Shown here one piece after another: positions 1 through 8,134 of a DNA stretch of 64,000 bases; position 1 is the first letter of the stretch; every line of letters begins with the position of its first letter. The DNA comes from a virus: IMG/VR virus record IMGVR_UViG_3300009788_000087; one strand, 5' to 3'. A program made the position numbers and the translations under genes. The notes beneath the pieces were generated by a model. It saw only the letters and a program-made list of their open reading frames with translations, was not told the DNA's origin and searched no databases.

Positions 1-205
1 AGATAATGTAGCAAGACACAAGCTTGCCGTCTGAGTCGTATTTTATGAAAGCCTCATGTGTTGTTTTTGCTACACTGTGCAGCTTGACCCCGCCAACGAT
101 AAACATTAGACAGATTCCACCAACAATGACATACATCCACGGAATCTTCTTTATCCACTTTGGAAGAGATCTCTTCTGTTTATGTGCCATCTTCATTGGA
201 TCCAC
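1..205 (-). CDS. hypothetical membrane protein (partial, runs off left edge)
   Basis: Hand-translated MDPMKMAHKQ...WMYVIVGGICLMFIVGGVKL; one hydrophobic helix; open to position 1. Confidence 0.5.
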   Translation of the reverse strand, partial: MDPMKMAHKQKRSLPKWIKKIPWMYVIVGGICLMFIVGGVKLHSVAKTTHEAFIKYDSDGKLVSCYII

Positions 206-234
206 TCTGTAGAATCTTCTATTCTTGTCCGTTG

Positions 235-501
235 TCATTCTTCACCAAAAGATTCACGAAATCTCTTAACGAGCTCTGCAACCACCAGTCTATGTTCGCC
301 TTTTGCAATTCCTCCGAGAGGCTGTCCCAACATGTATCCCAAGTCAGCAAGTTCTTCGTCTGATAAACTGTCGATGTGATCCCTCATTGCTTCGTAGCCA
401 CAGTATCGAATTTCACAAAACGTGGCAGGATCGACCGTTAGACACTTGTGTGGTGGTGACGCAAAGAGAGCACCACAGTCCCGACAATTTCCATCACTCA
501 T
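235..501 (-). CDS. hypothetical protein with N-terminal Cys cluster
   Basis: Likely start MSDGNCRDCG overlaps the upstream stop at 494-496; 3' part of track ORF 235..714. Confidence 0.55.
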   Translation of the reverse strand: MSDGNCRDCGALFASPPHKCLTVDPATFCEIRYCGYEAMRDHIDSLSDEELADLGYMLGQPLGGIAKGEHRLVVAELVKRFRESFGEE

Positions 502-1087
502 ATGCTTCCACCGATGCAAGATTGCCATGTGGATCAAATCCAAATTCTGACAAAAATCCTGCATATCCAGCTTCAACTGAGATATGTGCCGTGCCACGAT
601 TATAACCGATGCCGGCGCGATCAAACATTTCAACCAGCACTTCAATATCAGATTTGCTATGATAAGCTTCCATGTCTTCTGCCATTTCTTTTGTCCACCT
701 TGCTCTGTTGTCACTCGTCACCGGTACCCCGATCCCACAGGTAGGGTCAACCTCTCTATCCAGTATATTGAATCTCGGTTTGGTCTGTGGCGATGCAATA
801 TTCTTCATGATCGGTCCTATGTCGGTAGTTCGAGCCAGCAATTCACGCAGTTCCGAAAGTGTAATCAGCTCTCCTGTGGTCTTTGTCCCGCTGCATACAG
901 GACAGACAGCCACCGAGCCGCACTCGGCGATGCGATTATATGGATCATGTCCAGACCCGGCGCAGTGAGTGCAGGCAACCACGACACGAAATCCGAGCAC
1001 CAGCGCTGGATCAATCGTTATTGTCTCCTGTGCCTGGATGCGTGCATATAGGACAATTGTCCTTCCGTTTCTTCCACGTCCGATCAC
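494..1087 (-). CDS. hypothetical protein with DnaJ-type Zn-finger repeats
   Basis: CTHCAGSG and CPVCSGTK (CxxCxGxG/K); true start uncertain, probably near 1014. Confidence 0.6.
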   Translation of the reverse strand: MIGRGRNGRTIVLYARIQAQETITIDPALVLGFRVVVACTHCAGSGHDPYNRIAECGSVAVCPVCSGTKTTGELITLSELRELLARTTDIGPIMKNIASPQTKPRFNILDREVDPTCGIGVPVTSDNRARWTKEMAEDMEAYHSKSDIEVLVEMFDRAGIGYNRGTAHISVEAGYAGFLSEFGFDPHGNLASVEAYE

Positions 1088-1118
1088 AGTTTGGACACCA
1101 GTGATGTGTGTTCTTCAT
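1011..1118 (-). CDS. 35-aa Zn-ribbon microprotein (leaderless candidate)
   Basis: MKNTHHWCPNCDRTWKKRKDNCPICTHPGTGDNND; ATG lies 8 nt after TATAAT; not in ORF track. Confidence 0.55.
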   Translation of the reverse strand: MKNTHHWCPNCDRTWKKRKDNCPICTHPGTGDNND

Positions 1119-1126
1119 ATAGTCTC

Positions 1127-1156
1127 ATTATACACCCCTGAGTGCTGAGAGTACAT
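1127..1156 (-). promoter_or_regulatory. phage promoter ATGTAC-N18-TATAAT
   Basis: Reverse complement reads ATGTAC tctcagcactcaggggtg TATAAT. Confidence 0.7.
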
Positions 1157-1203
1157 CTTATAATGATATCAATTGGCAATTGTGGTTTTTGGGAGCCCGG
1201 GAC

Positions 1204-1422
1204 TTATTTCTTAATAACCCACATCTTTGGTAATTTTGACTTTGCGAAAACATGTGGTTCTATCGACTCTGCAAGTTTTGGCTCAGGGTTCCCATAAAAT
1301 CCATCTGGTGCACCATCGGTGCCCCTGTAGTCACACGAGAGACTCTTCCGCGGTTCTGTTCCAATATTCATCATCCAAACAATCAAAACCACACTGAATA
1401 TCAGCCCCACAGTGAATGCCAT
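1204..1422 (-). CDS. small membrane-anchored protein
   Basis: MAFTVGLIFSVVLIVWMMN hydrophobic N-terminus; ATG lies 7 nt after TATAAT. Confidence 0.6.
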   Translation of the reverse strand: MAFTVGLIFSVVLIVWMMNIGTEPRKSLSCDYRGTDGAPDGFYGNPEPKLAESIEPHVFAKSKLPKMWVIKK

Positions 1423-1429
1423 AAGTTTC

Positions 1430-1459
1430 ATTATACCACACCGAGTGCTGAGTGTACAC
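1430..1459 (-). promoter_or_regulatory. phage promoter GTGTAC-N18-TATAAT
   Basis: Reverse complement reads GTGTAC actcagcactcggtgtgg TATAAT. Confidence 0.75.
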
Positions 1460-1465
1460 TAGAGA

Positions 1466-1620
1466 ATGGTATCAGCTGTCTGCGGGTCACGAGAACCCGA
1501 GTCTCTACACCGGCTGTGAATCGCAGTATGGTATCAGCGTCAATTGGGCTCCCGAGACCCGGGTCTCTACAGAGCATGGTATCAGCAACAAATCAGCTCA
1601 GGATTCCCGAGTCTCTACAC
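1466..1620. repeat. three bipartite repeats ATGGTATCAGC-N19-CCCGRGTCTCTACA
   Basis: Units start at 1466, 1528 and 1576; internal spacer is exactly 19 nt of variable sequence in all three. Confidence 0.85.
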
Positions 1621-1983
1621 CGAGCGATGACAAAGCCGAGCCCCCGGGGCCTAGTCCGGTGAACCCGGTACCCTGCCATACAGTGTCGGCCACCAGTGCT
1701 GGCTGCTGTACCCTACCTTACAGTCTCCAACTGCTGAGCTGAGATGTGTATGGCAGATACATTGACAAATGGTCATATCCACATTGTCACTCTGTCAATG
1801 GTTGTCTCAATGTCAACTGTATCCCTCCTTACCGTGCAGAAAATATAGTAACATAACTGTGTACATATATTCTTTTCATTTCAGCTCACATTTTCCTTTA
1901 CGTTCTCGACCAATATGATATTATTAGATCATGGTGGCAAGGAAGCCAGCAGGAAAGGAAGGAAAATAAAAAGGAAATAAAGG

Positions 1984-2013
1984 TTGTACATCGAGTTCGA
2001 TTTTTGATATACT
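1984..2013 (+). promoter_or_regulatory. phage promoter TTGTAC-N18-TATACT
   Basis: TTGTAC atcgagttcgatttttga TATACT, upstream of SD GGAG and ATG 2047. Confidence 0.7.
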
Positions 2014-2046
2014 GTTTATATGGTAACCAACCAAGGAGAGAGAAAC

Positions 2047-2472
2047 ATGACCACGATTAACACCGACGACGTCATCGCCCGCTGCCTGGACCTCGGTCTC
2101 ATCCTGGACACCTCCGTCAAAACCTTCCACAAGATCACCGCGCCGACCGCCAACAAGAAATGCCTGTACTTGGCCAAGACCAAGTCCCTCACCAGGATCG
2201 ATATCAGCGGGTTCGAGCCGGCCACGGATCCCGCGGTGGTGAGCCTGACGCAGGAGGCTGCCAAGAAGCTGAGGCTCGGTGCGGTCCGCGGACAGATTTT
2301 CCCCAAGAAGGCGCCCGAGGGATCCGAGCCCCTGTTGGCCCTGCTGGCCGCCATGCTCCGGGTCATGGACGAGGAGGTTGGATTCAAGGCTGGCCGCCGG
2401 TCGACCTCGGACCCCTACGCCCAGGACGTGGCCGACGCGGACGAAGAAGCGTCCCAGGATCTCGCGGCCTAG
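2047..2472 (+). CDS. uncharacterised paralogue family, copy 1
   Basis: FHKI...LYLAKTK..RIDISGF...LTQEAAKKLRLGAVRGQ shared with 5004, 30968 and 32916; GC about 65% in counted lines. Confidence 0.85.
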   Translation: MTTINTDDVIARCLDLGLILDTSVKTFHKITAPTANKKCLYLAKTKSLTRIDISGFEPATDPAVVSLTQEAAKKLRLGAVRGQIFPKKAPEGSEPLLALLAAMLRVMDEEVGFKAGRRSTSDPYAQDVADADEEASQDLAA

Positions 2473-2475
2473 GGT

Positions 2476-2534
2476 AGAGGCAATAAAGAGGGATTCTGCG
2501 GACTGTTGACTGTAGGATCCCTCTATTATCTCCT
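2476..2534 (+). terminator. long stem-loop directly after the copy-1 stop
   Basis: AGAGGGATTC (2487-2496) pairs with GGATCCCTCT (2515-2524), with extendable flanks. Confidence 0.5.
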
Positions 2535-2575
2535 CTTCCACTGACAGTTCATTCCTCTTCACAGATCGGAGAACT

Positions 2576-2740
2576 ATGACCAAGAAAGATAAGCTACTGC
2601 ACGACATGTACATCTTCCTCGAGGCGGTTGTCGAGGACTGCGGGTACTCCGGCGGGCTGAAGATCGATGTTGGCACTACCAAAGAAGCCGACGTTGTCAC
2701 GCTCGAAAGCATCAGGAAACGAGTCGCAGCAGACGTATAA
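2576..2740 (+). CDS. hypothetical protein, 54 aa
   Basis: SD GGAG; MTKKDKLLHDMYIFLEAVVEDCG; hand-translated. Confidence 0.6.
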   Translation: MTKKDKLLHDMYIFLEAVVEDCGYSGGLKIDVGTTKEADVVTLESIRKRVAADV

Positions 2741-2856
2741 CGGGACTTTGTCATTTGTCCCTTGAGCAATTGGATACTTTTCGACGCTCAAATACCATGA
2801 AAGGACAGTAGAGAACAAATCACAGAAGTGACTGTATCCCAAAAGGAGGCCGAAAC

Positions 2857-3042
2857 ATGAAAGAATGCTACTACTGGGAACTGTTCTGGCAGCTGCACGG
2901 TCGATGCTACGAACTTGATCTGCACCCCGACGGAGTCGAAGAGGTCTTCACGGCCCTGCAGGAGGATGAACCACTGTGTGGGGAGTGTGATGAGTGTGTG
3001 GCACAGTTCGCGGCTAGCAATGGAGGTCTTCTACTGAACTAG
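2857..3042 (+). CDS. hypothetical protein
   Basis: SD AGGAGG; ORF track. Confidence 0.65.
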   Translation: MKECYYWELFWQLHGRCYELDLHPDGVEEVFTALQEDEPLCGECDECVAQFAASNGGLLLN

Positions 3043-3083
3043 GACTGATACCACGTTACTCTTAACAGAGCTGAAAGGACCAC

Positions 3084-3341
3084 ATGAAGTGTACTACCAA
3101 GAAGACTGAAGAGACCAAGTTCGCACCAGTCACAGTCGAATTAACCTTTGAGACCCAGCAGGAGCTGGATCGGTGGGCCAGCCTGCTGAACTCGGGTCGA
3201 CTGTCCATCTTCCTATCTGGTAGCGAGCTGCGACAGGTGCTGACAGATGCTGGTGGCGACCAGAGCAGGCACAACTTCAATACACTGTTCAACCTCATGT
3301 ACAATACGAAATACTGGTCGGATGGTGGCCCGATAGTCTGA
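3084..3341 (+). CDS. hypothetical protein
   Basis: SD AAGGA; ORF track. Confidence 0.65.
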   Translation: MKCTTKKTEETKFAPVTVELTFETQQELDRWASLLNSGRLSIFLSGSELRQVLTDAGGDQSRHNFNTLFNLMYNTKYWSDGGPIV

Positions 3342-3595
3342 GCTGATTCTGCTACTCTTTGCTCTGAAGGCCATCACGACTGCTGTCTGGGCCTAGAGTG
3401 GCAGTTCTGAGCTGATACTGGTGTGGTTTAGGGTTGCGCGGTTGTATGGATCTCCTGCCCCCGCGCTGTAGATATCTTGTCTACATTACTTGGATAAGAT
3501 TGCTGTATAGAAAGGAACTGTGTAGAGATGGTAGAAACAGCAAACATCATGTCTCTTGTCAGTCGCTTGTTGTCACTTCAAGAGTCTATCGGTGA

Positions 3596-3817
3596 GTGGA
3601 AAGCAAGAGTCCTGCTGGCATCCTGGACATTGAAACTCTGAAGAAAGGAGACCTTGTGAAGAAGACCTATGAGTTGTCCGACGCTGAGTTTGAAGTCATC
3701 CTCTACTGCATCCACTACACTGTCGAGCGTGATGATGAGGGAGTGCGCTCCTCTGATCCTGTTGCTATCCAGCGCACGAAGCTGATCGACCAGGTCCTCA
3801 ACGCTCTCAGCCACTGA
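3596..3817 (+). CDS. hypothetical protein
   Basis: ORF track; co-oriented with neighbours. Confidence 0.55.
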   Translation: MESKSPAGILDIETLKKGDLVKKTYELSDAEFEVILYCIHYTVERDDEGVRSSDPVAIQRTKLIDQVLNALSH

Positions 3818-3950
3818 AAGGGAAACCGATGCATCTCTTCTTTTACAACCTCGCAGAATGGGCTAGCTGGCATCACCTTGAACTCTACCATTCTCCTCAT
3901 GGCCCTCGTCGTGGATGGTGTTGTGGTATGTGCAAAGGAAGGAATCTGTC

Positions 3951-4115
3951 ATGACTTATACCCTCAAACTGTCGTACGAAGTTCAGGCCAGTTCCGAGCA
4001 GGAAGCAATCACGAAGCTTGGCAAGTGGTCAGCCAGCACCCTTAACCAGTGGGCTCGCAAGGAAATCCTTTCTGGTGTCAAGGAAGTTGACCTTGAGATT
4101 GGAGTTAAGAAATAA
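3951..4115 (+). CDS. hypothetical protein
   Basis: MTYTLKLSYEV start with SD AAGGA; ATGA overlap with a 41-aa ORF at 3829..3954. Confidence 0.6.
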   Translation: MTYTLKLSYEVQASSEQEAITKLGKWSASTLNQWARKEILSGVKEVDLEIGVKK

Positions 4116-4172
4116 AGACCAGACCTCTTAGACCTCTCTTCTTTCTACACACCACGAAAGGCAACCAAGACA

Positions 4173-4478
4173 ATGACGAAATCCATCTACGATTATACAG
4201 ACAGTGAGCTGGCCGTTGCGCTGGAGATCATCACTCGCAGCACGTCCTTCGATGACATCAACATCATTGATGAGGTCTGCTCCCGGTTGCGGAAGACGGA
4301 GGCAACGGAGGAGATAACGTTCGTCGGCGAGCTCAGGAATCTGTTCGAGAAGAGGGGCAAGATCCAGGCCATCAAGCACCACCGGACCATGACCAAGGTT
4401 GGACTGAAAGACTCGAAGGAGGCTGTCGAAAAGCTGGCTGAAGAGGGCGGCTGGGTGCTGCCTCCCTCGCGCTGGTAA
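4173..4478 (+). CDS. protein with ribosomal L7/L12 C-terminal-like domain
   Basis: KIQAIKHHRTMTKVGLKDSKEAVEKL matches the bL12 CTD pattern KIxAIKxxRxxTGxGLKEAKxxVE. Confidence 0.75.
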   Translation: MTKSIYDYTDSELAVALEIITRSTSFDDINIIDEVCSRLRKTEATEEITFVGELRNLFEKRGKIQAIKHHRTMTKVGLKDSKEAVEKLAEEGGWVLPPSRW

Positions 4479-4511
4479 AGAAAGGAAACTGAGTAGGAGA
4501 GTTCTCTTTCT

Positions 4512-4544
4512 AGAGCCCACATTTTCTGCCCCGGTGTGGGCTCT
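4512..4544 (+). terminator. intergenic stem-loop
   Basis: Perfect 10-bp inverted repeat AGAGCCCACA / TGTGGGCTCT. Confidence 0.5.
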
Positions 4545-4662
4545 GCTTAGAGCATTTTCTTCCTAGAATACCCCAAGATTTGGTATCATAGTTAACCCTT
4601 TTCCATACTTTTTACCATCCACAAAGATACTGTTGTATCAAACCATGAAAGGAGACAAGAGC

Positions 4663-4875
4663 ATGGAGGTCTATAGGATCCAATACACGGGGCTCTTCCG
4701 CAATGAGGCCGGCGTCTGCATCGTATTGGCAGAATCGAAGGAAGAAGCTGAACACATGTTCTTTGCCAATCCGGGAACACCGAAGCATGAGAAGGAGAAC
4801 AAGATACTATCCATCGAGTGGCTGTGTGATGCACGACACCGACGAGTGGTCTACAACGACGACGGAAACTACTAG
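4663..4875 (+). CDS. hypothetical protein
   Basis: SD AGGAG; MEVYRIQYTG. Confidence 0.65.
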   Translation: MEVYRIQYTGLFRNEAGVCIVLAESKEEAEHMFFANPGTPKHEKENKILSIEWLCDARHRRVVYNDDGNY

Positions 4876-4914
4876 GAAAGGAACAACAAAGATTCATCCC
4901 GAGTTCATTAAGTT

Positions 4915-4944
4915 GTATACTTCGATTCGACTAAGTGGTATACT
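4915..4944 (+). promoter_or_regulatory. phage promoter GTATAC-N18-TATACT
   Basis: Extended -10 TGGTATACT; upstream of paralogue copy 2. Confidence 0.6.
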
Positions 4945-5003
4945 ATAATTCAAGGTGCCAATAATGACACCAAGAAACTCAAACTCAAGCGAGGAGCTAA
5001 CAA

Positions 5004-5651
5004 GTGTCTGATAACAACACCGAAACCACCACCACGACCACCGAAACCCCAAAGAACGACCCGCGCAAGGTTACCGTCGATGCAGTCCTCGACATGTGCC
5101 GCGAGCTCGGTTGTGAGGTCGTCGAGCTGAAGTCCTTCCACAAGGTCACGGCTCTCAACTACAACAAGAAGAGCCTGTACGTGGGCAAGGCCAAAAAGCA
5201 GATGACCCGCCTGGATGTCAGCGGCTTCGAGCCCGAGGAGCACGAAGCCATCACGTCGATGACCGAGGAAGAGGCCAAAAGCCTGAAGCTCGGTGCAGTG
5301 CGGGCCCAGATCCTTCCCAAGGAAATCCGTGACGAGGACTGTGACGTCCTGGAAGCTGTTCGAACCTGCATCCGTGGTCTGCTCGCCGAGGAGGAGGGCT
5401 TCAAGCTCGGTGCTCGCGGTCAGAAGGACGAGGTAGCTGAGACCACTGATGGTGAGACGGAGCAGCCGGAGGAGGAGACCGAAGAGGTCGAGGCCACTGA
5501 GACCGAGGAGGAGCAGTCGGAAGAGGAGACCGAGGAAGTCGAAGCGCCCGGGCCGTGTGGAACCGCGGTCGAGGCTTCCGATGAGGAGCTTGACGGCGAC
5601 AATTCACTCTACGACCTCGACGATGATGAGCAGGACTACGCCACTGCGTAG
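5004..5651 (+). CDS. uncharacterised paralogue family, copy 2, with acidic C-terminal tail
   Basis: FHKV...LYVGKAK..RLDVSGF...MTEEEAKSLKLGAVRAQ; last about 70 aa are Glu/Asp-rich; SD GAGGAG. Confidence 0.85.
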   Translation: MSDNNTETTTTTTETPKNDPRKVTVDAVLDMCRELGCEVVELKSFHKVTALNYNKKSLYVGKAKKQMTRLDVSGFEPEEHEAITSMTEEEAKSLKLGAVRAQILPKEIRDEDCDVLEAVRTCIRGLLAEEEGFKLGARGQKDEVAETTDGETEQPEEETEEVEATETEEEQSEEETEEVEAPGPCGTAVEASDEELDGDNSLYDLDDDEQDYATA

Positions 5652-5653
5652 CT

Positions 5654-5745
5654 GAAGAGAGGATATCGAGGGAGTCTACGTCACCTGGGATCGAGGGATC
5701 GATTCAAATCAATATGTCGTAGACTCCCTTTCTTATCCCCTTTTC
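5654..5745 (+). terminator. large stem-loop after copy 2
   Basis: Perfect 12-bp inverted repeat AGGGAGTCTACG (5669-5680) / CGTAGACTCCCT (5718-5729) plus an outer imperfect stem. Confidence 0.55.
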
Positions 5746-5775
5746 GAGTTCAACAACAGTGAAAGGAACAAGAGC

Positions 5776-6228
5776 ATGTCAAAGAATCCGATCATTAACA
5801 CGAAGCTTACACGAACAGAGATTATTGATCTTGTTATCCAAGAAACTCTAGATAAAGTAACCGAACGCCTTGACGAGATTGGTAAGCAGACCAAGTCACT
5901 TAAGAGACTTGGTGGTGTTGACTTGGTTCAACTCGCGCAGGCCGGACGAAATGGGTGGGCCGATCCTTCTTGGGATAATAGTAAAGTTACGATCACGTTT
6001 GACGTGAGCCCATCACAGTGGCCCGTATGTAAGGAGCTTAATGAACTAAAAGATGAACAGAACGAGCTTCATCAGGTACAAAGTGCTCTTCATGATCGTC
6101 GGACTGCTAGATTGAAGATTCTGAAGGAGTCACTCGAAAAGACAGAAGATGGACAGGAGCTTCTTGGTCAGCTTAAGACGTTCTCCCTTACAGTTGGCGC
6201 GAAACTGATGTTGGCGGCTGCAAAGTGA
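5776..6228 (+). CDS. hypothetical protein (coiled-coil rich)
   Basis: SD AAGGA; 150 aa. Confidence 0.75.
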   Translation: MSKNPIINTKLTRTEIIDLVIQETLDKVTERLDEIGKQTKSLKRLGGVDLVQLAQAGRNGWADPSWDNSKVTITFDVSPSQWPVCKELNELKDEQNELHQVQSALHDRRTARLKILKESLEKTEDGQELLGQLKTFSLTVGAKLMLAAAK

Positions 6229-6503
6229 AAATAACGATCATTGGTCAGTTACGCGAGCGCTTCGAAAAAAGAACATTCACAGGTGAAGAATTAAGAGATG
6301 CGTACAAAGAATTTGGAGGTGCATGGCATGGTCATCAAACAGTGTATACTATGACGTGGGATTTACCTATGAAGCTGGTCGAAAACCACGCTCCAAGAAA
6401 AAGTCCGTACTCAGAGAAAAACGTATTCAAGCTCGGTCCAATGCCTGAAAAGACTAAGACCGTTCATTCTTCTTGGCACCATCCACTTTGGGATAACTTT
6501 TAA
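6225..6503 (+). CDS. hypothetical protein
   Basis: GTGA overlap with the previous gene. Confidence 0.65.
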   Translation: MKITIIGQLRERFEKRTFTGEELRDAYKEFGGAWHGHQTVYTMTWDLPMKLVENHAPRKSPYSEKNVFKLGPMPEKTKTVHSSWHHPLWDNF

Positions 6504-6796
6504 GGAACTAATCATGATGTCGAAACAAGCTACTTGGACTTTGATTGGCACTGCTGCATACATTCTGGCCACCATCGAATTCGTCATGGTGTTCTGTTCA
6601 TGAGCTCCAAGGCTGCAAGACGACAACGGTCATTCAAGATGAGGGAGGACTATCGCAAGAGGCAAGCAGAAAGAATCGTCTGTAGCTGTGGAAGTGTGTT
6701 ACGAGAAGGTGGACGTGATTGGCCTGGAGCTGTGTCGACCAAGACACAGGTACTCTGCTTTTGCGGCAAGCTCACACTCTTTTAGGAGGAACGAAG

Positions 6797-7084
6797 ATGC
6801 CGGCATGTTCAAAATTCTATGATGCTGATAAGCGAGGAAGGTGCGACTGGTGCGGTTACTCGGACGACGAGCATCCGACCAGAAAGTGGGCCAATCTCTA
6901 CTTGGATCATGACAATTGCCACGTTTTCATGGCCACCGACAACCACACGGAAGGACAAAGTGGCATTACCAGGAATAATGTCGAGCAGCTGGCTCAAGCG
7001 TTGATCGATGAGTATGCATATACTGACGTCAACATCTACGACATCACCCACCGCAAAACCGTAAGGAAAGGACTCAAAACATGA
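6797..7084 (+). CDS. hypothetical protein
   Basis: SD AGGAGG; MPACSKFYDADKRGRCDWCG. Confidence 0.65.
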   Translation: MPACSKFYDADKRGRCDWCGYSDDEHPTRKWANLYLDHDNCHVFMATDNHTEGQSGITRNNVEQLAQALIDEYAYTDVNIYDITHRKTVRKGLKT

Positions 7085-7257
7085 AACCATTCAACAGTCT
7101 CAAGAAACCAACTCGTACCCGCAAGAAGACCAAGGCAAAGTCAGGAGGCGCCGGTCACTGTATCTGCAGCGCATGTGGAGATGAAGCATCTGCCCCTGTT
7201 ACCGCAACTCACCGCCACTGCAAGTCATCGCAGAAGGGAGTCTGGAAAGCAGCGTAA
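7081..7257 (+). CDS. 58-aa basic Zn-ribbon protein
   Basis: MKPFNSLKKPTRTRKK...HCICSACG...HRHCK; ATGA overlap; hand-translated. Confidence 0.6.
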   Translation: MKPFNSLKKPTRTRKKTKAKSGGAGHCICSACGDEASAPVTATHRHCKSSQKGVWKAA

Positions 7258-7258
7258 C

Positions 7259-7319
7259 GCCGAAACCCTCTTTGGAGGGTCCGTTCGGAATGGTTCCCGG
7301 ACGCTGATGATGGCAGACC
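7259..7319 (+). ncRNA. type II hammerhead ribozyme (candidate)
   Basis: gcc-GAAA-ccctc(tttg)gaggg-TC-cgttcgg(aatggttc)ccggacg-CTGATGA-t-ggc; complete core, GUC cleavage triplet ending at 7281, intergenic. Confidence 0.8.
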
Positions 7320-7338
7320 TGGAAAGAAAGGAGCTAGG

Positions 7339-7539
7339 ATGAAGTTCAAACGCAATCAGAAACTGATACTTGTCAGCCCGCTGAGTGCAGGAGAAGAAGT
7401 CAAGTATGTGAAGAAACATCCATCAGCTTGCGGTAATCCGGCGCCTCGACCGTTTTACATCATCGTAAAACAAGCCTGTGGCCATCGCATGCTGATCGAT
7501 TACCGACATACTGAGGAAGGAAGAGGCAATGAAGGTTGA
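7339..7539 (+). CDS. hypothetical protein (SH3-like small beta domain possible)
   Basis: SD AAGGAG; directly downstream of the ribozyme. Confidence 0.65.
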   Translation: MKFKRNQKLILVSPLSAGEEVKYVKKHPSACGNPAPRPFYIIVKQACGHRMLIDYRHTEEGRGNEG

Positions 7540-7762
7540 ACTTGAACCGCTAAGCAAAGAGTCGGCCGAGCAGATCACCGATGTTGGATTCTATTGTCGC
7601 CAGTGTGATGGTGCGGTCATCAAAACTGATGACTACAGCACTGGTCGATTCTTCATCGCTGCTGGTCATGTCGTCGTGCCAAGACAAGATGACTATGTCG
7701 GTATACTCTTTGCAGTCTGCTGTGACTGCCTGAAAGGATCCAATGAAGACACGCAAGTTTGA
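7529..7762 (+). CDS. hypothetical Cys-containing protein
   Basis: CRQC...CCDC; overlaps neighbours. Confidence 0.6.
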   Translation: MKVELEPLSKESAEQITDVGFYCRQCDGAVIKTDDYSTGRFFIAAGHVVVPRQDDYVGILFAVCCDCLKGSNEDTQV

Positions 7763-7979
7763 GTCGAAGGCTGATTGGACATGCCCCGTCCACGGTATTG
7801 AGGTCAGTCACAAGATTCGCACTCGGTTGGACGACCATGGCAAGTATAAGTATGCTGGTGACTACTACGGATGTCCTAGCTACAGTGAGTGTGGGTACTA
7901 CATCACCCCGAGTGGACGCGTGAAAGTGATCGAGGACTCCGAGATCGCTTCCATTCTCTCTTCCCTCAACAAGGAGTAG
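7743..7979 (+). CDS. Zn-ribbon protein (topoisomerase-type C4 motif)
   Basis: CPVH...YYGCPSYSECGY. Confidence 0.6.
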   Translation: MKTRKFESKADWTCPVHGIEVSHKIRTRLDDHGKYKYAGDYYGCPSYSECGYYITPSGRVKVIEDSEIASILSSLNKE

Positions 7980-8134
7980 GACATGAGGTTGCTGTTCCTA
8001 ATCATTCTCTTTGCCCTCAGTGGCTGCAAGGACAACAGACGAAACCACTGCAAAGAGAACAAGCTGGACAACAATCGCGGTAGGAATGCTTCCCATCACC
8101 ACGACTCAAAACACGACTAAAAAAGGACAAGATC

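Noticed and set aside
1466-1620. Possible CRISPR mini-array
   Set aside because: Two alternating short motifs with 19-nt and 3-17-nt gaps do not fit repeat-spacer geometry; no cas genes in the window
1252-1662. 136-aa ORF crossing the triple repeat
   Set aside because: Antisense to 1204..1422, overlaps a promoter, has no SD and no protein-like pattern
1924-2769. 281-aa minus-strand ORF
   Set aside because: Antisense shadow of the GC-rich gene 2047..2472, which has a promoter, an SD and paralogues
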